Source: Tubiluchus corallicola
Taxonomy: Eukaryota > Animalia > Priapulida
Length of the DNA stretch: 51,788 nucleotides
Direction: 5' to 3'
Assembly (NCBI GenBank): GCA_030141605.1
Contig: JAQGDQ010002423.1
Location: forward strand, 1 to 51,788
The notes beneath the pieces were generated by a model. The model was not told the origin of the DNA and ran no database searches. It saw nothing but the letters and a program-made list of their open reading frames with translations. The translations under genes and the position numbers were made by a program. Below are positions 32,871 to 41,301 of the stretch, piece after piece. Every line of letters starts with the position of its first letter. Positions within the stretch are counted from its first letter, which is position 1.

Positions 32871-33099
32871 GTTTTGGTTCTTTGGGTCAAGCCAAAGAAC
32901 AAGAAAAAAAGCATTTACAGGCTTGATTTTTTGCTCACAAACTTTACTTTCAAAGGAGCTCACAAGTACTATTGAAAAGAAAAAATGATGAGTAAAGGAG
33001 ATAAAAAATTGTATCAAGACAAAAGGGCATAAGACAAAAGAACATAAGAGAAATATCAAGAACAAAAAACAATATTAATAATTAATTAAAACAAAAATT

Positions 33100-34023
33100 A
33101 TGACAACAACAGACAACAACACACCAGAAAAAAACACTACTCCACCCTCTATTGAGACAAGAGCAATAGACTCCAAAAGTGCAGAAGCAGGAGTAGTATT
33201 AACCTTAAACAAAGCAGGCGACACCTACATATTGCCCATAGACAAGCCCTCTGATTTGCCAGTAGGATTGATACTTAGATGCCTTGCCGATAAAGATTTC
33301 GCAACAGGCGATAAGGCAAAATTTCAAAACAAAGGCAAGCAATACGACCTTTGGGGCGACAGCTTTGTAGTAGGCGAATACATAGACCTTAAATACAACG
33401 GTGTAGGTTTCGACGTGTTCAACTACATTAGCCATAAGGACAGGACCGACAACCCCCACCAAATAAGCAAAGCCCAAATAGGACTAGACAACCTGCCCAA
33501 TGCCATTTCCGATGCTACAGACTTGGACGATAGCAACACACTGGCAACAAGTAAGGCAGTGTATGACCTACAAATAAGTTTTAAGGGGGTAATTGCTATG
33601 TGGTCAGGTCAAATATGCGATATACCCACAGGCTGGGCATTGTGCGATGGCAACAACAACACGCCCGACCTAAGTGGACGATTCATAGTAGGCTACGACA
33701 AAGACGATAACGACTATAGCAGCATAGGTAAAACCGCAGGAGCTAAAAGCGTAGCACTTACCACAAGCCAAATGCCCAGACACAATCACAGTATAAGCGA
33801 CCCAGGGCATAACCACAATGATGGTTCTTATAATAGATTATTAAGAGTAACAGGTACTTCGACTTCTCGAAATGTAGATTCTACCTCAGGAGAACCTGAC
33901 CTTATAAACAGTGGAACAATTAAACATAGAACAACAGGTATTTCCATTAGAGATACAGGCAGCGGATATTCTCACGAAAACCGCCCACCTTACTATGTAT
34001 TAGCTTATATTATGAAATTATAG
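33100..34023 (+). CDS. Short tail fibre with tail-collar domain
   Basis: DNPHQISKAQIGL, SNTLATSKAV, G.IAMWSG....IPTGWALCDG.N.TPDL.GRF.VG, MPRHNH and ENRPPYYVLAYIMKL. Confidence 0.88.
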   Translation: MTTTDNNTPEKNTTPPSIETRAIDSKSAEAGVVLTLNKAGDTYILPIDKPSDLPVGLILRCLADKDFATGDKAKFQNKGKQYDLWGDSFVVGEYIDLKYNGVGFDVFNYISHKDRTDNPHQISKAQIGLDNLPNAISDATDLDDSNTLATSKAVYDLQISFKGVIAMWSGQICDIPTGWALCDGNNNTPDLSGRFIVGYDKDDNDYSSIGKTAGAKSVALTTSQMPRHNHSISDPGHNHNDGSYNRLLRVTGTSTSRNVDSTSGEPDLINSGTIKHRTTGISIRDTGSGYSHENRPPYYVLAYIMKL

Positions 34024-35308
34024 GTTTTGTGAAAAAAAATTACACTTTTATCATTTTTGTTTTTCCATATATTTATAGCATAAAATACAAATAAAAACAA
34101 AAGTAAAAAAGCAAAAATATCATAATGTCGAATAAAATTGTAAAGGAGCTTACCAGTAGTATCGCTTCCTTCTACACCTAAGAAAAATACAAGAAAGAAG
34201 ATAAAGTAATAAAGAGGCTTCAGATTTATATTTATGGTTTTCCTATTTATGAGAAAGAAAGGAAGATAGACAAGCAGGAGTGTAACAAGATGAGCTGTCC
34301 AAGTAACAGAGGCAAACAAGTGCAAGAAAATAAAGATCATTGCAAAATAAGATAGGTTAAAATAGGAATCCCTTCTCTTTAACACAATGGTTGCAGCTAT
34401 TATTACAAGTACCATTAAAGATAAAATAATATTTGTAATAATATTGATATTGCTACTCTTTTGCAGTATATCAGGCGTTGCCTCAACAGTTCGTTCTGTT
34501 GAACATAACCCAGCTATTTTATGAAAAGTAGCTTTTAAAGCATGGTTGGTGTGAGTAAAACTAAATCCATCGTTTTGGAGCGAATGCAATACTTTATAGT
34601 AAGTTGTATTGTCTTCTATACTATTGTTTGCACCTCTGAAAAGAAAGGGGAGGACAAAACACAACAAGCCTACTAGTATTGTATATACAACTACTTTTCT
34701 TTTGAAATAGTAGAAAAATACAAAAACGACAAAAAAAATGGGAGTTACTTTTATTAAAGTTGCAATCACAAAAAATATATTACTAAGGTGTGGCTTCTTT
34801 TTAGACAGATAATAGACACCTATTAGGCATAACACAAACAATAGAAAATTGACTTGAAACATACTAAGGTTATTCCAATAAAACTTTAATGCTCCAATGC
34901 TCCAATGCTTGTTAGTATAAGAGGTATTTTAATTTTTTTTGCCTCCCAACCAATGTTGAGACAAATTTTATATAGCAATAAAACAGATAAGGGCAATAAA
35001 ACTAATGTATTAAACAACCAAAATAAAAATGCAGAAAATTTTAACGAAAAAATAGCTATTAGTTGAAAAATAAAAGCAGCAAAAGGTGGATAAATAAAAG
35101 GCCTTGCCCCTTCTATAGTTTTGTAAAGATTTTGTTGATTAAAGAAATCGTTGCCTGCTTGCCAGAAAACGTGATAATCAGAGCCAATATCTATTTTTTG
35201 AGATTGAACAAACCCTAATACAGCAAAAATAACAATATAGAAAATAGTTAAGCTAAGCCATAAAGGTTTTTTCTTAATAGCTTTAAATAATAGTTTTAAT
35301 TCTTTCAC
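34005..35308 (-). pseudogene. Glycosyltransferase family 87 (DUF2029) membrane protein split by an 8-bp duplication
   Basis: DY.VFWQAG, FIYPPF and IK..P motifs across two ORFs. Removing one AATGCTCC unit at 34888-34909 restores TSIGALKFYWNNLSMFQVN. Confidence 0.85.
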
Positions 35309-35448
35309 TGAATAGTTTTTTGAAATAAAACTGTAAATGTAGAAATAAAAAAAATAGAAGCAACTTTCTATTTTCTAAATTAAAAAACCGTCCACTTTAT
35401 TACACATCGGTTTATATAATGAAGTTGTAAGAAAAGCTAAAAACTGCA

Positions 35449-35650
35449 AAATTCTGTGCAGTAGAAAGAAATGGACTCCTGTTTGAAGTGAGCGAATCAA
35501 TGAGCGAACAAGCTTAGCCCATTTCAGCGTAACGAAGTGTAGGAAAACTACTAAATTTCAAAGAAGGCCTGATTTTGTGGTTCTTTTGCATCAAGGCAAC
35601 CGACCAAAGCGAGCTTACTATGTTCGGTTGTATCAAGACAAAAGAGCATA
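35449..35650 (+). repeat. Long-hairpin element, type R copy 2, plus REP-like tail
   Basis: Shares AATTCTGTGCAG(C/T)AGAAA and CTGTTTGAAGTGAGCGAATCAATGAGCGAACAAGCT.AGCCCATTTCAG with 26064-26213. Confidence 0.8.
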
Positions 35651-35673
35651 AGAAAAAGAAAGAATTTACAGAG

Positions 35674-35997
35674 GCTATACAAGCTGAAATATGAAAACTG
35701 TGGATAGTAGGAGAGCTATTCAAGAACAATGGGTTTTTAAAATTTGTCCACAATGCCGATAGCGATGTTTACAATGGCTCGATGGTGCATATACTCAACA
35801 GTGGGACAGCCAGCCCAATGGCTTGTAACCGCACCAATCTATCAGCTAGCCTCAACAAACGCACCAATATAGATGCAAGCTATACATTAGACGAATTTAC
35901 CTTCAACCCACACTTGCTCAGCGATGCAGATTTGGTGCTTAGTTACCACAGGCAACCCTCCGTCTTCCTACATATCAGGTACTACGGGCAGGTATAA
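35674..35997 (+). pseudogene. Major capsid protein, N-terminal remnant
   Basis: In-frame AIQAEI*KLWIVGELFKNNGFL...NAD..V..G.MVHI...G....NRT.L.A....RT..D..Y.LDEFT..P....AD...LSY. The start codon is lost, TGA sits at 35692-94 where Trp is expected, and only about 107 codons remain. Confidence 0.75.
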
Positions 35998-36048
35998 TAA
36001 AACAAGATACAGTATGATAAAAGCAATCAAATTAAAACAACCAATACG

Positions 36049-36492
36049 ATGAACCCACAGCAAGCAAAATATTTTAAAAACCACGACCAAAAAGAATTTT
36101 ATTTTACCTGCGATGGTTTGGCTTTTGTAAACGGACAAGCAGCTAATAGTCACGCCATAGAACTCAAAAAACGGGGCAAAAGTAAAAGCGTAGAACTTAG
36201 CCACTTCACCCATAAAGATTATGAAAACTATTTGCAATCGGAAGGGAAAAACCAACCAGTAGGAACAATCCAAAAATCAAACCCCTCAAAAACTATACAC
36301 GAAAAAGTGAAAAGCTATGTGAAAAAACTAAAAGAAACTAAATACGAAAATAGAGAAAAACTTTTAGAAAGCTACAATTTACTAGAGCTCACAACCATAG
36401 CCAAACAAATAGGTTTGCACCCTTATGCCAGTCAAAAAGATAATACCAAAGCTATTTTGAAAAAACTCAACACCACAGAGCGAAACTCTTAA
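36049..36492 (+). CDS. Phage hypothetical protein (between capsid and sheath genes)
   Basis: YF...FYFT.DG.AF.....A.SHA motif; syntenic position. Confidence 0.6.
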   Translation: MNPQQAKYFKNHDQKEFYFTCDGLAFVNGQAANSHAIELKKRGKSKSVELSHFTHKDYENYLQSEGKNQPVGTIQKSNPSKTIHEKVKSYVKKLKETKYENREKLLESYNLLELTTIAKQIGLHPYASQKDNTKAILKKLNTTERNS

Positions 36493-36599
36493 CGTTGAAC
36501 AATTCGGATAAAATAGCCAACAAATAAGGCATAAAAAAGCAAAACTAAAGAGAGTAATTATCCTTAAAGTATTAATTAAAAACAAAAAAAGTAATAATT

Positions 36600-37874
36600 A
36601 TGAAATTACCTGCAGTAAACATAAATGTATTAAACAACCAGCTCGGCTCTGTTACTCCCATAGAGGACGGAACAGCAGGCTTGGTAGTATCGGCAGAAAG
36701 CTCGAAACTACCTACGGGCATAGGACTAAACGAACCAAAACTTATATTTAGCCTCAAAGATGCCGAAGAACTTGGAATAGACGAGGCTTACGACAAAGAC
36801 AACGAAGTATCGGCATACTTTCACATCAAAGAATTCTATGAGCAAGCAGGCACAGGTGCTAAACTGTGGATAACACTTGCCAGCAGAGAAACTACAATGG
36901 GAGAGATAGCCGACAAATCTATTGCCAATGGAGTAGCTAAAACCTTATTAGAAACTGCTAATGGTGATATAAAAATAATGGCTATCACCCGCAACCCCAA
37001 CGATGCTTACTCACCTAGCTACAACAGTGGTTTAGACGATGATGTAAGTGCAGCAGTTCTTAAAGCTCACGAATTGGCACAAGAGTTTGCCGGTACTTCT
37101 AACAACGGAACAGGAACACCCACAGGCGAATACAGACCTGTACGCATATTGATAGAAGGACGCGATTACCAAGGCCAAGTTAGTAACCTTAACAACTTGC
37201 GCGAAGGAACACAAAACCGTGTAGCAGTTATATTAGGCAGTACCACTAATACCAGACCCATCAAAAACTCTGACGACGAAGTAGCCTACAAAGGAGCATC
37301 AGCTGGCTTGGCATTAGGTAAACTAGCTAAAATACCTGTACAACGAAATATTGGAAGAGTAAAAGATGGAGACCTATCCATTGTTAAAGCATCATTATCC
37401 AATGGCGAACTTATAGAAGAAATAGATATAGCAGAGCAAGGAGCCATACACGATAAGGGCTACATATTTATGAGAACTTATCAAGGCAAAGCAGGCTTCT
37501 ATTTCACAGACGACCCTGCGGCTACAGAAATTACCGACGATTACAGTAGCATAGCCAGAGGACGCGTGGTAGACAAAGCTATAGCCATTGCTTACAACAC
37601 CTATGTAAGCGAATTGCTCGATGAAGTGCAAGTCAGTGAAGACGGAACACTCAACCCTGCTCTTATAAAATCTTATCAAGCCAATATAGAAACAGCCATC
37701 GCTAGCCTTATGGTAGCAGAAGGTGAAGTATCAGACGTAGAGGCTGAAATAGATCCAAATCAAAATGTATTGTCAAACGACAAAATACAGATAAAACTGC
37801 TTATCACACCTGTGGGATATGCAAAAACAATAGAGGTAAATTTAGGTTTTAACAACCCAGCATTAACAAGTTAA
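36600..37874 (+). CDS. Contractile tail sheath protein (DUF2586-like)
   Basis: LP.VNI...N..LG, IKEFY..AG.G, PVQRNIGRVKDG, HDKGYI..R.Y.G.AG.Y.TDD, RVVDKA and P.GYA..I.V.LGF motifs. Confidence 0.88.
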   Translation: MKLPAVNINVLNNQLGSVTPIEDGTAGLVVSAESSKLPTGIGLNEPKLIFSLKDAEELGIDEAYDKDNEVSAYFHIKEFYEQAGTGAKLWITLASRETTMGEIADKSIANGVAKTLLETANGDIKIMAITRNPNDAYSPSYNSGLDDDVSAAVLKAHELAQEFAGTSNNGTGTPTGEYRPVRILIEGRDYQGQVSNLNNLREGTQNRVAVILGSTTNTRPIKNSDDEVAYKGASAGLALGKLAKIPVQRNIGRVKDGDLSIVKASLSNGELIEEIDIAEQGAIHDKGYIFMRTYQGKAGFYFTDDPAATEITDDYSSIARGRVVDKAIAIAYNTYVSELLDEVQVSEDGTLNPALIKSYQANIETAIASLMVAEGEVSDVEAEIDPNQNVLSNDKIQIKLLITPVGYAKTIEVNLGFNNPALTS

Positions 37875-37885
37875 ATTTTTAAAAT

Positions 37886-38302
37886 ATGGTAACATTCAAC
37901 TCAGCAGAATATTCTTGGACGAATATCAATATAGTAATGCTTGGCAGACCCATAATAGGGATACGAGGCGTTTCTTACACCACTAGTCAAGAAAAAGAAT
38001 ATATATATGGCGTAGGCAGTCGCCCTTTGGCTATACAAAAAGGCAACATAAGCTACAGTGGTGAAATCAAACTTTTACAATCAGAATTAGAAGCACTTAC
38101 ACGTGCCGCTGGAAAGAAAAAGGATCTTATAGACATACCTCCTTTTGATATTACAGTAGCATACAATGCACAAGGAACAATAGTAACAGATGTGCTAAAA
38201 TATGTGGAATTTACAGAAGTTTCTAAAGCTCTTAATCAAAATGATAAGTTTATGGAAGTTACACTACCCATAATCATATTAAACATTGAAAAGAACAAAT
38301 AA
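37886..38302 (+). CDS. Tail tube protein
   Basis: FNS.EYSW..I....G.....I.G..Y....EKE..YG.G..P..IQ.GN..Y.G.I.L.QSE and Q.DKFME..LP motifs; follows the sheath gene. Confidence 0.85.
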   Translation: MVTFNSAEYSWTNINIVMLGRPIIGIRGVSYTTSQEKEYIYGVGSRPLAIQKGNISYSGEIKLLQSELEALTRAAGKKKDLIDIPPFDITVAYNAQGTIVTDVLKYVEFTEVSKALNQNDKFMEVTLPIIILNIEKNK

Positions 38303-38316
38303 CAGTTTTTACACTC

Positions 38317-38355
38317 TTTAAACACTGTTTAAAAACCATTTAAACAGTGTTTAAA
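38317..38355. repeat. Perfect 17-bp inverted repeat between the tube and chaperone genes
   Basis: TTTAAACACTGTTTAAA-AACCA-TTTAAACAGTGTTTAAA. Confidence 0.8.
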
Positions 38356-38397
38356 ACACTTTTTATTATTATTCACAAACTAATATTGAAACAAGAA

Positions 38398-38703
38398 ATG
38401 ACCAATAATAAACAAGAAATAACCACTAATCAAATTAAAGAGTGGAAAAAAAAGCACGGCAATATCTTTCTATTAGAAGTAGAAGATAAGCAAGCTTACT
38501 TAAAAACACCATCGAGGCAAGTAATTTCATTAGCTACCTCACAGCACAAAAACGACCCTATTAAGTTTGCAGAAACCATTGTCAACAACTGTTGGTTAGG
38601 GGGCGATGATGACATACGTACACAGGACGACTATTTCCTTGGAGCAATAGCACAAATCAATGAAATTATACAAATAAAGCAAGCTAGTATAAAAAAGCTC
38701 TAG
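38398..38703 (+). CDS. Tail assembly chaperone (G-like)
   Basis: Start ATG 38398; QIKEWKKKHG and NNCWLGGD..I...DDYF motifs; lies between the tube and tape measure genes. Confidence 0.8.
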   Translation: MTNNKQEITTNQIKEWKKKHGNIFLLEVEDKQAYLKTPSRQVISLATSQHKNDPIKFAETIVNNCWLGGDDDIRTQDDYFLGAIAQINEIIQIKQASIKKL

Positions 38704-38876
38704 ACGAAGCGTCTGTAGACCCAACAGAAAATTGGATAAGCTATATGGACACACTATTAGCTTACCATTTGAAGATAGACGCTTCGCAGCTCAACGATGA
38801 GCAATGGGCAGAGAAAATACAGCAACTAAAACATATAAGAGAACAGGAGGCAAAAGCAAATGGCTACCATAAATAA
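38691..38876 (+). CDS. -1 frameshift extension of the tail assembly chaperone (GT-like)
   Basis: Slippery A AAA AAG at 38691-97 precedes the stop. The -1 frame is open: ALDEASVDPTENWISYMDTLLAYHLKIDASQLNDEQWAEKIQQLKHIREQEAK... Confidence 0.8.
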   Translation, partial: KKALDEASVDPTENWISYMDTLLAYHLKIDASQLNDEQWAEKIQQLKHIREQEAKANGYHK

Positions 38877-38888
38877 AATACTTAAATT

Positions 38889-40616
38889 ATGATACAAAAT
38901 GTAGCAATCAAGAAACTGATGACTGCCGGTGATAAAATGTTGAAATTTGGTAAAAACATCAAACAAACAAATAGCTCACTCAGCAGTTTTAATGACCTTT
39001 TTTCTGATGTTACTGATGGAGCAGTCGAATGTATGGCAAAATTTGACATACAAGCTCAAGCCGAAGCTCAGGTAATGCAGGGACTAGTATCTACCAACGA
39101 GGCCGTAGGACGCTCCTTCGAAGAATTGAAACAACAATCAATAGAACTCCAAAATAATTCATTGTTTGGAGACGAAGATATTTTACAAAATATCACTGCA
39201 AAACTGCTCACCTTTACCAATATAGCAGGCGAACAATTCGACCGCACCCAACAAGCCGCCTTAGACCTCTCTGCGCGGCTAGGGGGCGACCTCAAGTCAT
39301 CGTCTATACAACTGGGTGAAGCACTCAACAACCCTGCTGCTAACCTATCAAAACTCTCAGAACTTGGAATAGAATTTTCTGAAGAGCAAAAAAATATGAT
39401 AAAATCGTTACAAGAAACCAACAAAATGGCAGAGGCTCAAAATATTGTATTAGATGAATTGGAAGAGAAATTCGGAGGTAGCGCAGAAGCAGCAGCCAAA
39501 GCTGGTACAGGTCCCTTTAAGCAATTGTTCAATATCGTACAAGATATACAAGAAGAAATAGGAGGATTTATATTTAAGATTTTAGCCCCACTTATAGACT
39601 GGTTCAAACACCTTTTAAACAACTTAGACCCCGTTAAAGATGCGTTCAAAAACCTATATGAAGCAGTGAAACCTGTTTTTACTTCTCTGGGTGGTTTATT
39701 CAAATCCATATTTGGAGTAAACAAAGAAACAGACAGGACTAAAGAAACAATATCTTCTTTTGCTAAAATTCTCAACATACTTGCAGGAGTTGTAAGACCT
39801 ATAGCTAACGTTTTGTCTGGTTTGATAGATTTTATAGCTATTTTGGCAGCTTTTGTAGTTAAGGTGTTGTCTGCAATAAAGCCTTTGTTAATTGCTTATG
39901 GCCTATGGACAGTAGTTCAGTGGGCGTTGAATGTGGCTTTAGCTGCTAACTCCATAGGGTTGATTATTATAGGTATTGTTGCATTGATAGGTGCTATTAT
40001 GTGGGTAATAAAATCTACAGAAGGATGGGGAGAGCAATGGGAAGTATTAGGCAATATGTTGAGTATTACTTGGGACATTATCAAACTTTCGTTTCAAGCA
40101 GCTTGGCAGTTTATCAAGAACTACTTTTTTGATACAATAGACAAAATGCGTATCGCTTGGATAGAATTTAAAGACTTTTTTGGTTTTTCAGACGAAGAAG
40201 ACCTCAAATCCTTGCGTAAGTTTCAGGACCAAATAGAAGCACGTGCAGACGCATTCTCCAATATAACCGACGAAATAAGAGCCAAAAGTGATGAGCTAGC
40301 AGCAGCCAGTAAAATTACGGTGAGATTCAAAGACGACAAGGAAGATGAAAAAGCCGACACGTCAACTGACACGTCTAAAGAATTAGTAAAAAAATACAAT
40401 AATGGAGCACCTCCTGTTGCTAACAATGCAGTCACTAGCATCAATCAAGGCGGACACAAACCAACCAGCATCACAGTATCCAATCTTACACTTATAGGAG
40501 GCGATAGCAATATCAATGTAGCCAATGCACAGGAAGGAGCAGAAGAGTTGGAAGATGTGATTTTGCAGTCTCTTACAAGAGGCTTACAAAGTTTAACCAA
40601 TTTTGCACAACAGTAA
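38889..40616 (+). CDS. Tail tape measure protein (short, 575 aa)
   Basis: Helical Ala/Leu-rich protein with LLTFTNI...A.DL.A.LG.D.K....QLG.ALN.P and QWALN.A..AN.IG motifs plus hydrophobic segments. Confidence 0.88.
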   Translation: MIQNVAIKKLMTAGDKMLKFGKNIKQTNSSLSSFNDLFSDVTDGAVECMAKFDIQAQAEAQVMQGLVSTNEAVGRSFEELKQQSIELQNNSLFGDEDILQNITAKLLTFTNIAGEQFDRTQQAALDLSARLGGDLKSSSIQLGEALNNPAANLSKLSELGIEFSEEQKNMIKSLQETNKMAEAQNIVLDELEEKFGGSAEAAAKAGTGPFKQLFNIVQDIQEEIGGFIFKILAPLIDWFKHLLNNLDPVKDAFKNLYEAVKPVFTSLGGLFKSIFGVNKETDRTKETISSFAKILNILAGVVRPIANVLSGLIDFIAILAAFVVKVLSAIKPLLIAYGLWTVVQWALNVALAANSIGLIIIGIVALIGAIMWVIKSTEGWGEQWEVLGNMLSITWDIIKLSFQAAWQFIKNYFFDTIDKMRIAWIEFKDFFGFSDEEDLKSLRKFQDQIEARADAFSNITDEIRAKSDELAAASKITVRFKDDKEDEKADTSTDTSKELVKKYNNGAPPVANNAVTSINQGGHKPTSITVSNLTLIGGDSNINVANAQEGAEELEDVILQSLTRGLQSLTNFAQQ

Positions 40617-40632
40617 ATAAATAAACAATAAT

Positions 40633-41295
40633 ATGCCAGACGGAGAAAATAAAACATTTGAAACAAAACCTATCAACATCAAAAAACTGTTCGAAAAGGT
40701 TTATGGATATAGAGGTTTACCCTTTCCGTATCAGTCTAAACCTTTTGACGAATTAGGAGGAGGTCAAATAAATGATTACGCTCAGTTGGTGGGAGGAATT
40801 TTCAACCGCACCACCAAACTTGGCATCAAAGTATTTATGCCTTTTGCCATACAGTTTGACGATATAGATCCCGGTTTACCTTTTTACCAACTGCCTAATG
40901 AGCCTACCGTGCAAGTATCAACCAGCAAACGCATTGTAGAAACCGCATTGGTAGGCACCGACCCTAAGCAACCAAGCCGCGGAACGGTAAAGGAGCTTAT
41001 AGGCAACCAAGATTACGATATAACCATACAAGGTATTGCCATCAACGAACCCGAATATTACAAAATAAAAGGAATTAACGAATACCCTGGTGACACAATA
41101 GGTGTTCTTAACGATTTATACAACTTGAACAAAGCTCTTGAAATACACCACGCCTTGTTGCGTGATGTACTGGGAATACAACACATAGTTATTACAAGCA
41201 TATCATTCCCACGTATGGTGGGCGTACAAAATGCACAAGCCTACGAAATACAAGCACGTTCCGATAGCGAATTAGTACTAACAATAAAAAATTAA
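40633..41295 (+). CDS. Tail tube initiator-like protein (DUF6046-like)
   Basis: LPNEP.V.....K.IV.T......GTVKE.I...DY.I.I.G and Q.Y.I.A.SD motifs. Confidence 0.7.
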   Translation: MPDGENKTFETKPINIKKLFEKVYGYRGLPFPYQSKPFDELGGGQINDYAQLVGGIFNRTTKLGIKVFMPFAIQFDDIDPGLPFYQLPNEPTVQVSTSKRIVETALVGTDPKQPSRGTVKELIGNQDYDITIQGIAINEPEYYKIKGINEYPGDTIGVLNDLYNLNKALEIHHALLRDVLGIQHIVITSISFPRMVGVQNAQAYEIQARSDSELVLTIKN

Positions 41296-41301
41296 ATAAA
41301 A

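Noticed and set aside
24488-34023. Diversity-generating retroelement or invertase shufflon acting on the fibres
   Set aside because: No reverse transcriptase, no adenine-specific TR/VR pair and no invertase are visible, and all fibre genes are in the same orientation.
3109-35694. TGA recoding (Sec or Trp) suggested by in-frame TGAs at 3111 and 35692 (also 336)
   Set aside because: TGA is used as a normal stop (for example parC and the TerS-like gene), and the three sites correspond to different expected residues (Cys, Trp, Arg), consistent with ordinary nonsense mutations.
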